This document shows positions 18,910-27,912 of a stretch of 64,000 nucleotides of DNA, piece after piece (position 1 is the stretch's first letter; the number at the start of each line of letters is the position of its first letter). Under the pieces are notes generated by a model. That model saw only the letters and a program-made list of their open reading frames with translations, searched no databases and had not been told where the DNA came from. Position numbers and translations under genes: made by a program. The stretch comes from Nitrosopumilus sp. (GTDB lineage Bacteria; Planctomycetota; Planctomycetia; Pirellulales; Pirellulaceae), in the NCBI GenBank assembly GCA_964225475.1, contig CAXQOB010000012.1:18521-82520 (forward strand). The letters are read 5' to 3'.

Positions 18910-19542
18910 TCAATAACTGCTTGGATCTTCAGTCGTTGAATCCTGGGGCGAAGCAACGACATTTGATTCGCCGGTTTCCTCGATCAATTCCTCAAGGCGT
19001 TCTTCTGCCAGCTTCAAGATATCCCCGATTGCTTCACGGTTGTATTTGAAATCGTCCAGGACAAATTTCTGTGTTTTGTTTCCATCAAGGAAGTGGAGCA
19101 CTGCAATGCCTTTTTGTTCCCATCGTCGACGGTCGATACCCACTAATGAATCAAGGGAATAGTTTTGCCCGCGGCTGTTGCGGATTTCTTCTTTATTCCC
19201 CTCAATCCAGGAACCTCGCGGCAAAAGCCATTTCAGGAACATGATGATTCCAACCACGATGCAGCCGGTCATGAGAATGTACTGGTTAAGAATCAACGCT
19301 CGCAGTTCACTTGCGGTTTTTTCTGGTGGTTCTGCGAGCCAACCATTTTTTTCCGATACTGCCTGCCATTGTTCCAATCCTGCATCCGTTTGCGGAAACG
19401 ACTCGTAGGATTCAGCAATCACAAGTTTTCTCGGATAGGTGACCCAAGCATCAAGGAGGCACCAGGCAGTTCCAAGAACACAGCCGATGGCAATCCAGAG
19501 GAATCTTCGAAAGAAAGAGAGATCAACTTCAGCGCGGATCAT
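18910..19542 (-). CDS. Hypothetical membrane protein (2 TM plus PH-like C-terminal region)
   Basis: 210 aa with two hydrophobic segments and a natural composition; co-oriented with the CPBP gene; no family recognised. Confidence 0.7.
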   Translation of the reverse strand: MIRAEVDLSFFRRFLWIAIGCVLGTAWCLLDAWVTYPRKLVIAESYESFPQTDAGLEQWQAVSEKNGWLAEPPEKTASELRALILNQYILMTGCIVVGIIMFLKWLLPRGSWIEGNKEEIRNSRGQNYSLDSLVGIDRRRWEQKGIAVLHFLDGNKTQKFVLDDFKYNREAIGDILKLAEERLEELIEETGESNVVASPQDSTTEDPSSY

Positions 19543-20035
19543 TTTGATTGAATGGTTGGCGATGGATAAAAGGTGAAAAGGAGTAACCAGTGATTGACTC
19601 CGATTCTTTGAGCTGCGTCACCAAAGAGTTTGTTGAGCTCTCAGAGACTCGGAATGATCTCTCTAATGGACCAAAGGCATCTGTGCCCCATGGCGTCGCA
19701 AGAAAGAGGAACGGATCGCGTACTCCTCCTCAGAATAGTCGATGCAGGGGAGGCTGGTTTTTACCTCTCGTTAAACGCCCATTGGATCGATGGTTGATTG
19801 GGCGCTCATTCGGATTGGACCGACTGTAGGGGTTGTTTTCGAAGATGGTTTCTAGCGGAGTTGCCATGATGCTCACACCCCTCATGCGATTGCCTTGCTT
19901 TTGTCATCCTGCTTGCAGGGAGCATGCAAGCTCATTTTCGCTGGAGACGCGAGACGAGAAAAACGTTTCCGACTGATTTTTCCCCGCTTTGTGAGTCTTT
20001 TTTGGGACCGCTCCGTTGATTCCCTGCCCCTCACT

Positions 20036-21622
20036 TTATTTCTGCTTTTGAGCAGTGTCAGTATTTGACGGAGGGGAGTCAAAGTCGTTGCCGGGTCCGA
20101 ATGCAAACTTCCGATAGCCCTTCCCTTCGGGTCGAATGATGTCACGCCATCCCTCACTCCAGATCACCCTTGCCTCTCCGTTGACCACTTCCCAGCGGCC
20201 TGTTGAACTCGGGACGTGACTCTTTCTCGCGGTTCCATCAGCTTTGAGAGACATAACGAAGGCAACTTTTCCGGTCGATGGATTACGGCCAATGTCCCAG
20301 TCTCCGACGTATTGCTGCATCTTTGCATTAGCAACTTTGGGTTGATGTGGAGTCGGGTTTGTTTTGCCTTGTTCAATCCGATAGAGATAGCTTTCGGTTC
20401 GGACGATCAAGCAGTCATCGTCGACGGCGGGGGATGCCAGGACCTTTTGTGGATGAAGTTTATTCGACTTGATAAGCGTGAATTTACGTCCTGGTTCAAT
20501 CAGATAGGTTTCGGCATCTTCATTGAAATAATAGATCCGATTGTTCGCAAAAATAGGCGAGGCAGAAAATCGACCAGATAGACGTTCACGCCAAACCGTT
20601 TTCCCCGTTTCTGCTTCGAGGCAGGTCGCAATTCCCTCTCGATTCACAAGATAAAGTAAGCCTTCAATGAGTAGTGGAGAGCATCGTTGTGGCATGCTGC
20701 GGAATTCTTTCCATACGACGTGTGAGTCGGTGACGTCACCTTTTCCATCGACTCGTATTGCCCAAAGTTCTGGATTATCGCGGTCAATCATGGAAAAGAC
20801 CATGCCTGCTCCATAGACTGGTCGAGGAGCGACCGAAAAGCCTCGGTGTTCAACTCGCCAAAGCTCACGTCCGTCGAAATCGTATGAGTAGATTGCACGT
20901 CCACCTGGACTCACGAGTTGATCGCCAGAGTTTGAAGAGAACGCAAACGGCATGCAGAATGCTTTGCGTTGATTGACGGGTACATCTGAGAAATCACGGC
21001 TCCTCTTGGTTTTCCAAACATCTTTTCCCGTTTCAGGGTCAATCGCGATAATGTATTGGACATCACGACCATCGACATGGACGATGAATTTCCCATCAAC
21101 GATGGTTGGTGAACTTGCCGGTCCTGCATTGACTTCGTGGTCACATGTCAGATCCTGACGCGTCCACTTGGTTTCACCGGTGTTTGCATCTAAGCATTTA
21201 GTCCCATAAGTGCCGAAATGGACAATGATTCGGTCTTTGAATGCGACCGGTGTGGGCGTTGCATAAGTGTTTTCTTCCGTGATCTTTTGCGGCTTTTCGA
21301 TATCAAAAAGATGAAGGTCGTGGATGACTTCTCCGGTCAACTTGTTAACCGCGATTGCGAAGAGTTGCTTGCCGTCCCGTTTAGCAGTGGTGAGCCATAT
21401 GTGGTTGCCAGTGATTACCGGGGAGGACCACCCTCGATCGTGAATCGGTGTTTTCCACGCGATGTTTTCTGATTCACTCCACTCATGCACTAAGTTTTTG
21501 GATTGGACATATCCGTCTCCCCGAGGGCCGCGGAACTGCCACCACGCCTCGTCGGCTGCGCTGGGAGAGACGTAAAAGAACGTAAGAAGTAATGCAATTA
21601 TGTTGGACAGGCGATCGTGCAT
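20036..21622 (-). CDS. PQQ-like/BamB-like beta-propeller protein with an extra C-terminal domain
   Basis: Signal peptide; WWQFRGPRGDG; WSESENIAWKTPIHDRGWSSPVI; YATPTP; LASPAVDDDCLIVRTESYLYRI; then about 110 additional residues. Confidence 0.9.
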   Translation of the reverse strand: MHDRLSNIIALLLTFFYVSPSAADEAWWQFRGPRGDGYVQSKNLVHEWSESENIAWKTPIHDRGWSSPVITGNHIWLTTAKRDGKQLFAIAVNKLTGEVIHDLHLFDIEKPQKITEENTYATPTPVAFKDRIIVHFGTYGTKCLDANTGETKWTRQDLTCDHEVNAGPASSPTIVDGKFIVHVDGRDVQYIIAIDPETGKDVWKTKRSRDFSDVPVNQRKAFCMPFAFSSNSGDQLVSPGGRAIYSYDFDGRELWRVEHRGFSVAPRPVYGAGMVFSMIDRDNPELWAIRVDGKGDVTDSHVVWKEFRSMPQRCSPLLIEGLLYLVNREGIATCLEAETGKTVWRERLSGRFSASPIFANNRIYYFNEDAETYLIEPGRKFTLIKSNKLHPQKVLASPAVDDDCLIVRTESYLYRIEQGKTNPTPHQPKVANAKMQQYVGDWDIGRNPSTGKVAFVMSLKADGTARKSHVPSSTGRWEVVNGEARVIWSEGWRDIIRPEGKGYRKFAFGPGNDFDSPPSNTDTAQKQK

Positions 21623-21834
21623 GGTGATTGATGTCTGTATTCAAAGCGATGAAGCAAACCCGATAGTATACCCAGCACTGTATCCCTGATGGTCGTCCGG
21701 GGACCGAGTGGCAGCGGATTCTTTTTTTCAAAGAACTTGCAGCCGTTTTTTAAGGTTGTTGGCTCCCTCTTCATTCATCGCCGAACAAAATCAATTCTCA
21801 CTCTGCGATGCAATCACCTGCACGTCTCCTCGCC

Positions 21835-22671
21835 TCATACCTCCAAGCTTAGGGTCACGGTGTCTTCACTTGTATCACCCCAGGGCAAAGCATGTTCTAA
21901 GTCCAGTTGTAAATGATTCAGTTCATTAATTGAGTCAAGCACGAGGTCCGGGTGATAGGGAAAGTTATGTAGGTCCTCGTGTTTGGTTGTTCCCGTCAGA
22001 ACCAGAATTGTGCGGTAGCCCATCTGAACCCCACCAAGTATGTCTGTGTCCATGGTGTCTCCGATCATCACCGTCTGTGAGGTGGCAAGTCCGAGTTCTT
22101 TTCGGGCGGCTCTCATCATCACCGGACTTGGCTTGCCCAAATTCATCGCTTTGCAACCGGTTGCCGCTTCGAGGTATGCAACGGTGGCCCCAGCACCTGG
22201 GCGGGTTCCGGATTGTGTGGGGCAATTCGGATCGAGGTTTGTTGCTATAAGTTTCGAGCCATCAAGGATCATTTGCACCGCCGTTTCTAGCATCTCGAGG
22301 TTAACCGTTCGTCCCTCACCCACTACCACGTAGTCTGGAGCTGTATCGACGATGGAATAGCCAATTTCATGCAGAGCCATGAGTAATCCACCTTCCCCAA
22401 TCACGAACGCGGTTCCTCCTGGATTTTGAGTCGATAGGAATTTCGCGGTGGCCATCGCGCAAGTGAAAATGTGTGTGTCAGATACCTTAATCCCCAGTCT
22501 GGATAGTTTGGTCGCTACATCTCTTGTCGTTCGTTGACTGTTGTTGGTGAGAAATAGAAAAGGGTGTTCTTCTCGTATCAATCGATTAATCAGGTCATCA
22601 GCACCTGGTATCAATTTTCCGCCTCGGTAGATCACGCCGTCCATATCGATCAGAAAACCACGTCGCATCAC
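21835..22671 (-). CDS. nagD: HAD-superfamily IIA hydrolase, NagD-like
   Basis: FLIDMDGVIY (motif I); FLTNNS; GKPSP; MIGDTMDTDILGG. Confidence 0.88.
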   Translation of the reverse strand: MMRRGFLIDMDGVIYRGGKLIPGADDLINRLIREEHPFLFLTNNSQRTTRDVATKLSRLGIKVSDTHIFTCAMATAKFLSTQNPGGTAFVIGEGGLLMALHEIGYSIVDTAPDYVVVGEGRTVNLEMLETAVQMILDGSKLIATNLDPNCPTQSGTRPGAGATVAYLEAATGCKAMNLGKPSPVMMRAARKELGLATSQTVMIGDTMDTDILGGVQMGYRTILVLTGTTKHEDLHNFPYHPDLVLDSINELNHLQLDLEHALPWGDTSEDTVTLSLEV

Positions 22672-23034
22672 TCTGTGTCCTGTGTTCGGAGATTAGGTTA
22701 TTTCCGGCAATTGGAAACGAATTGTCTTCTGAACGGGGCAAATCACGTGCCGCAGAACAATAGTCTTTTTCTCGCCGTTACGCTCGCATTCGGGCACGAT
22801 AGCGAGCCACAGTCCGAGGAGTGCATGAACGTTGTGAATTCACTGCTCACAAACAAAGCAATCAATCAAGCCTGGCGTTTCCAAACTATCAGGTCTCTCC
22901 CTTTGGATCTGCAAGAACCCTCACATCTCCTGAATTGGTTACTTCTTCGGGGAAATGTTGCGTTAGGTTGTGAAGTTAAAGCGAAACAGAGAGGAAATGA
23001 TTCTGCAATTCGCCTCTCGGATTCAGGTCTGCTT

Positions 23035-23916
23035 TTAATCGGTTAGGTTTTCAGGAAATGCCATCGTGGCTCCGGCTTGAGTGCAGACGTAGGACGAGAG
23101 AGCGTTGGCTCTTTGGTTCATTGCTTCTATGTTTGTGTTGCCAAGCATGTCCAAAACCATCGAGGCGGTACATGCGTCCCCTGCACCGACCGTGTCGATC
23201 ACCTGCACTTTGCGTCCGGAGAGTTCGCTGAATTGATCACCGGCTAGAATTAAGGATCCTCGTTCGCCGCGTGTCAATGCTGCGAGTTGTAATTCGAATC
23301 GCTTCGAAAGATGCTGCAAGACTTCAATTTCGCCTCCCACGCAATCACATAGTTCTGCAACGACAGGTAATTCGTCCTCATTGAGTTTGAGTGCTGTGGC
23401 GGATTCGAGAGAATTGAGAATCCACTGATCGGCAATGAAGGGCGGACGAATATTGATGTCAAATACACGTAAGGAATGTTCAGGTGTCGATCGAATGAAT
23501 CGTTGAATGGTCTCCCGAGATTCCGCCGAACGTTGCCCTAGGGTGCCAAAGCAAACGGCATCACAACTTGCCGCTAGACGCTCAAGTTTTTGCGACCAAG
23601 TGAGGTGATCCCATGCGCAATTCTCGGCAAATGTGTAGCTAGCTATGCCTGCCTCATCCAATTCAACGTCAACTCTTCCTGTCGGAAGCGGGTTGGTTTG
23701 TACCGCTTCAGTGCAGACATTTCGGTTAGATAAGGCGACCAATGCATCACGCCCAAGGGTGTCATCACCAATTGCACTGACAAGAGTTACTGACGCGTGG
23801 TCTTTGGCTAATTCTGCCGTGCTACAGGCAAAATTTGCCGGTGCACCTCCAAAGCGTGGCCCATCCGGAAAGACATCCCAAAGGATTTCGCCGATTGCAA
23901 CAATCTTCGGTTTCAC
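23035..23916 (-). CDS. PfkB-family carbohydrate kinase (fructokinase-like)
   Basis: IGEILWD; FGGAPANFA; FDINIRP; LKLNEDE; TRGERG; DTVGAGDA signature. Confidence 0.93.
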   Translation of the reverse strand: MKPKIVAIGEILWDVFPDGPRFGGAPANFACSTAELAKDHASVTLVSAIGDDTLGRDALVALSNRNVCTEAVQTNPLPTGRVDVELDEAGIASYTFAENCAWDHLTWSQKLERLAASCDAVCFGTLGQRSAESRETIQRFIRSTPEHSLRVFDINIRPPFIADQWILNSLESATALKLNEDELPVVAELCDCVGGEIEVLQHLSKRFELQLAALTRGERGSLILAGDQFSELSGRKVQVIDTVGAGDACTASMVLDMLGNTNIEAMNQRANALSSYVCTQAGATMAFPENLTD

Positions 23917-24137
23917 GTTGCTTCATTGATTACGAGGAAGGCAGTTATTCGTTGGTAAGAAAGTTTACCATTTTGCGTTGGGGTCTCGAATACAAATCAA
24001 GATGATTGATTGATCTCGTCGTATACGACTCAATTCCAATCAGCCGAAGCTTCTGCACTGTGAATCCCGGTTAGTATGTCAAGAGTCGGGAGATTCACAA
24101 GTAATTGTGAGTATGCTTCCTATGCGGCGAAAATAGA

Positions 24138-25241
24138 TCAGGGTTTCACTGCGATTCGTATGGGTGCTTTTTCTGTAGCGTAATCGAACGCGAGGGCAGA
24201 TTGATCCAGAGGGAAAACTTTCGAGACTAGTTTTTCAAAGGGGTAAGTGTCCTTTGAGTGGCTCAAGAAATGGATCGCTTCAGCAAGATCCCGAGCGTGG
24301 TAATTATGAAGCCCTCGTATGGTCAGCATTTGTCGCACCACCACCTCAGGGTTTAATTTGATCTGCGGTGATCGGAATACAGATCCAGCAAGTAGCAAGC
24401 ATCCACCAATCCGCAAGTGCTCAAGGCTACTTGTGATCGCCTCTGTGTTACCTGAAAAATCAAAGGCAATGTCAGCACCACGATGTTGCGTCAGCTCTTG
24501 GATCTTGGTTTGGAGCGATTCGGTCTGGCAGGATTCAAAACACTCCGATGCACCAAACTCTCTCGCAATCTTGCGTCTTTCTAGATTCGGTTCAACCACC
24601 AAAATGTTTGCACCTCGTTCCTTGAGGTAAGCTGCTGCGGTAAGCCCCAGCATGCCTGCGCCAATCACTAAGATCGTCGTGTTTTTTATGGGATGCGTTT
24701 CTTCAACCAGTCGCGTAGCACCGCATACAGTCGCTGTCGCGCAATTGGCAGGGCACATTAGGGTGTCAGGAAGACCTTCTTTGATTGGAAAGATCGCAGT
24801 GCCGGACTTTAGAACACAGTGTTGCCCGAGACCACCGGTAGGTTGGTGATCACTCTCGTCGTGCCCGTATTTGAATTTCGATTGGCATTTCTGCGGTAGG
24901 TTGTCTTTACAGTAGAAACAGTCACCACAGGAGGCCACCAATGACCAAGTGACTCTTTGTCCTTTGTTCAATGGGTTGCCGAAGTAATCCTTCGGGCTAT
25001 CGGTTCCATTCCACTCTTCAATCGTCCCAATGATCTCGTGACCTAGGACGCATCCCGTGTCGGCGGTCGGTCGTCTTCCGCTGTAGGTATGGAGATCACT
25101 CCCGCAGATCGTGCATAGCGAAATCTTGACAAGTATCTCACCGTTTTTTAACTGCGGTTTGCGATAAGATTCGCTTTGAAACGTTTTAGATTTTGGAAGA
25201 TAGCGAACTGCTGTGCCAAAATGATTGGGTTCATGTTCCAT
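24138..25241 (-). CDS. Zn-dependent alcohol dehydrogenase, phosphonate-catabolism-associated type (TIGR03366-like)
   Basis: CTICGSDLH and GHE (catalytic Zn); CGDCFYC...C (structural Zn); GAGMLG; CATATV; divergent from the phosphonate-associated genes. Confidence 0.88.
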   Translation of the reverse strand: MEHEPNHFGTAVRYLPKSKTFQSESYRKPQLKNGEILVKISLCTICGSDLHTYSGRRPTADTGCVLGHEIIGTIEEWNGTDSPKDYFGNPLNKGQRVTWSLVASCGDCFYCKDNLPQKCQSKFKYGHDESDHQPTGGLGQHCVLKSGTAIFPIKEGLPDTLMCPANCATATVCGATRLVEETHPIKNTTILVIGAGMLGLTAAAYLKERGANILVVEPNLERRKIAREFGASECFESCQTESLQTKIQELTQHRGADIAFDFSGNTEAITSSLEHLRIGGCLLLAGSVFRSPQIKLNPEVVVRQMLTIRGLHNYHARDLAEAIHFLSHSKDTYPFEKLVSKVFPLDQSALAFDYATEKAPIRIAVKP

Positions 25242-25450
25242 TGTGTTTTCCCTGCCAACGGTGCGTCTAATGCGCTCGATTCTGCAATTAAATTGGCAAG
25301 AACGATGCCGGTGCTACTCTCGGTCAGGATATGTTTACCATTGAGTTGACGCTGCTTTCGGTGAGCAATGATAATAACTTGGTGGTGTTGCGGTGGTATA
25401 CGGGGTCAAACGATCTTTCGAAAAGTTCGCCGTTTTATAAGTTGAGGCTG

Positions 25451-26731
25451 ATGAATCGATCTAATCTTTCGAAGAGGCTGACGGAATTTCGGGGGCACTT
25501 CTTTTCGTTGTATTGCATCATTGCTGCGTTCGGTACGTATTTTTGCATGTATGCATTTCGAAAGCCCTTCACCGCAGCGACCTATGAGGATTCAGAGTGG
25601 TTTGGCGTCGGGTTGAAAACCTTGCTGATCGCTTCACAAGTCGCTGGTTATACGCTTTCAAAATTCTTTGGCATTAAATTTGTCTCTGAAATCAAGAAGC
25701 GTCATCGCGGAATTGCGATTGTCATCTTGGTTTTATCTGCAGAATTAGCACTGCTGCTTTTTGCCGTGACCCCCGCGCCTTGGAACTGTATTTGGCTTTT
25801 TTTTAATGGGCTACCTCTGGGGATGGTGTTCGGGCTGGTTTTGGGGTTTCTGGAGGGGAGGCGAGTATCCGAGGTGCTGGCGGCCGGGCTGTGTGCCAGC
25901 TTTATTGTCTCCTCTGGATTCGTGAAGACGGTTGGTCGTGCTTTACTGCAAAATGAGTTCGTAACAGAATCATGGATGCCTTTCTTTACAGGGCTCCTGT
26001 TTCTTTTACCACTCCTTTTGTTTGTTGGGATGCTTTCACGAATTCCGGAGCCAAATGATCGAGATGTTCTGTCGCGATCCGCTCGAGATCCAATGGACAA
26101 AGAGACACGTTTTAAGTTTTTTCGAGGGCATGCGGTTGGATTATCAAGCCTGATTTTGATCTACATGTTGATCACAGTGGTACGTAGCCTCCGTGACGAT
26201 TTTGCTGTGGAAATTTGGTCTGATCTTGGGGTTGAGGACGAACCTGCCTTGTTCGCGATTTCTGAATTTTGGGTCATGTTTGGGGTAATCTTTATTAATG
26301 GATGCTTCAGTTTGATCAGTAATAATCGGGCTGCGTTTCTAAGTTCAATTGGTACAATTATCGTGGGCGGCGTCATCATCTTATCTGCTGTCTACGGACA
26401 CTACGTCGATTTCTTTTCGCCAATGACCCTTATCATTTTGCTTGGGGTCGGAATGTATCTTCCCTACGTCGCATTCCATACAACCATGTTCGAGAGGATG
26501 ATTGCCGTCTGTAAGGAGACAGGAAACGTCGGGTATCTGATGTATTTGGCAGACGCAGTTGGGTACCTGGGATATGTAGCAGTGCTTATATTTCGTAACC
26601 TCTATTCGGGGCAGCTCGGTTACCTTTCCTTATTGATGATTAGTGCATCGGTTGTCGCGATCGTGTCATCAGTGGTCACGGTTTGGTTGTTATTTCATTT
26701 CTACGCACGAACGACCCATTCATCTCGCTAG
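25451..26731 (+). CDS. DUF5690-family MFS-like transporter, putative phosphonate importer
   Basis: About 12 TM; YFCMYAFRKPF, SQVAGYTLSKFFGIKFVSE, NGLPLGMVFG, FLEGRR, MYLPYVAFHTTMFER, GYLMYLADAVGYLG. ATG at 25451; the ORF track starts at 25331. Confidence 0.85.
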   Translation: MNRSNLSKRLTEFRGHFFSLYCIIAAFGTYFCMYAFRKPFTAATYEDSEWFGVGLKTLLIASQVAGYTLSKFFGIKFVSEIKKRHRGIAIVILVLSAELALLLFAVTPAPWNCIWLFFNGLPLGMVFGLVLGFLEGRRVSEVLAAGLCASFIVSSGFVKTVGRALLQNEFVTESWMPFFTGLLFLLPLLLFVGMLSRIPEPNDRDVLSRSARDPMDKETRFKFFRGHAVGLSSLILIYMLITVVRSLRDDFAVEIWSDLGVEDEPALFAISEFWVMFGVIFINGCFSLISNNRAAFLSSIGTIIVGGVIILSAVYGHYVDFFSPMTLIILLGVGMYLPYVAFHTTMFERMIAVCKETGNVGYLMYLADAVGYLGYVAVLIFRNLYSGQLGYLSLLMISASVVAIVSSVVTVWLLFHFYARTTHSSR

Positions 26732-26748
26732 GAGGATGTTGCATCAAC

Positions 26749-27912
26749 ATGGAGAGTCAAGAAGCAGATCTCTTGGTGATTGGCGGTGGCGTTCTCGGCG
26801 CTTTTCATGCTTTTCATGCACTGCAACGCGGACTTCGTGTCACGATGTTGGAACGCAATTCCGAGCCTCTGGGAGCGACGGTGCGGAATTTTGGGCAGGT
26901 TGTTCCCTCGGGTATGGACTCTCACTGGCAGCAGTTGGGGCGACGGAGCCTCCAGATTTACCAGACATTGCAGAGCGAGGCAGATCTCTCGATTCGTCAG
27001 CAAGGTAGTATTTATATCGCTTCGGATGAGTGTGAATTGGCGCTGCTGGAGGAGCTGGCCGATATCAACCGCCAAAACGATTACTGCTCCGAGTTGTTGT
27101 CAGCGAAGCAATGCTGCGAACGTTATCCCGGGTTGAGAACCGACTACTGTAAAGGCGGTCTCTTCTTTCCCGATGAATTATCACTCAACCCTCGCGAGAT
27201 GATTCATCGATTGCATCGTCTGCTCAAGGCAAATGCTGATTACCACTGTTGTTTCAGTGCGGGGGTGAAAGAGCTCTCGGAAGTTGGTTCGGAAGGTGTC
27301 GTTGCAGTTACAGAATCGGATCAGCGTTATTACGCGAAACGAGCCATCTTGTGTGGCGGATGTGACTTTCGTTCACTGTTTCCTGATGTATTTCTTCGTA
27401 GCGGTTTGGTGACGGTTCAGTTGCAAATGACGCGTCTGAGGCCGAATACGGCTCAACGGTTACCTGGGAATATTTTGACAGGGTTGACGATCCGCCGGTA
27501 TGAAAGTTTTTCATTCTGTCCGTCTTGGCAATCCGTGCAGTCGCAGAATGACGGTGAGGATTTTGCCACGAAGTGGGGGATTCACATTCTATTCAAGCAG
27601 GAGGTAGACGGCGGGATGATCCTTGGGGATTCACACGAGTATGCAAAACTAGGTGAAGAGGCGAACCTAGACTTTGGTCTTCGGCAGGATATCACCGACT
27701 TCTTCATTCGCGAGGGTCGCAAGATTTTTGATTTGCCGCACTGGGAGATTGACACATCATGGATGGGGCGATACTCACAGACCTCTGACCCCTCTGGTAT
27801 CTTTAAAGAGACGATTGGAGACCGAATTCATATCGTTACCGGGATTGGTGGCAAGGGAATGACCGCGAGCCCTGGATTTGCTGAGAACCACATCGGGGAG
27901 ATTTTTTCATGA
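26749..27912 (+). CDS. FAD-dependent oxidoreductase, DAO-like, phosphonate-associated (TIGR03364-like)
   Basis: DLLVIGGGVLG (FAD binding); GATVRNFGQ; LTGLTIRRYESF; GIHILFKQ; ILGDSHEY; TGIGGKGMT. AGGAGG lies upstream of ATG 26749. Confidence 0.88.
   Translation: MESQEADLLVIGGGVLGAFHAFHALQRGLRVTMLERNSEPLGATVRNFGQVVPSGMDSHWQQLGRRSLQIYQTLQSEADLSIRQQGSIYIASDECELALLEELADINRQNDYCSELLSAKQCCERYPGLRTDYCKGGLFFPDELSLNPREMIHRLHRLLKANADYHCCFSAGVKELSEVGSEGVVAVTESDQRYYAKRAILCGGCDFRSLFPDVFLRSGLVTVQLQMTRLRPNTAQRLPGNILTGLTIRRYESFSFCPSWQSVQSQNDGEDFATKWGIHILFKQEVDGGMILGDSHEYAKLGEEANLDFGLRQDITDFFIREGRKIFDLPHWEIDTSWMGRYSQTSDPSGIFKETIGDRIHIVTGIGGKGMTASPGFAENHIGEIFS

Noticed and set aside
22564-23046. 160-aa plus-strand ORF between nagD and pfkB
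   Set aside because: It overlaps both neighbours antisense, has no motif and has an atypical composition; probably spurious.
25242-25450. Possible PHO box or operator in the divergent phosphonate promoter (CAATT-A-AATTG at 25285-25295)
   Set aside because: No CTGTCAT-type 11-bp direct repeats; the palindrome is short and AT-rich.
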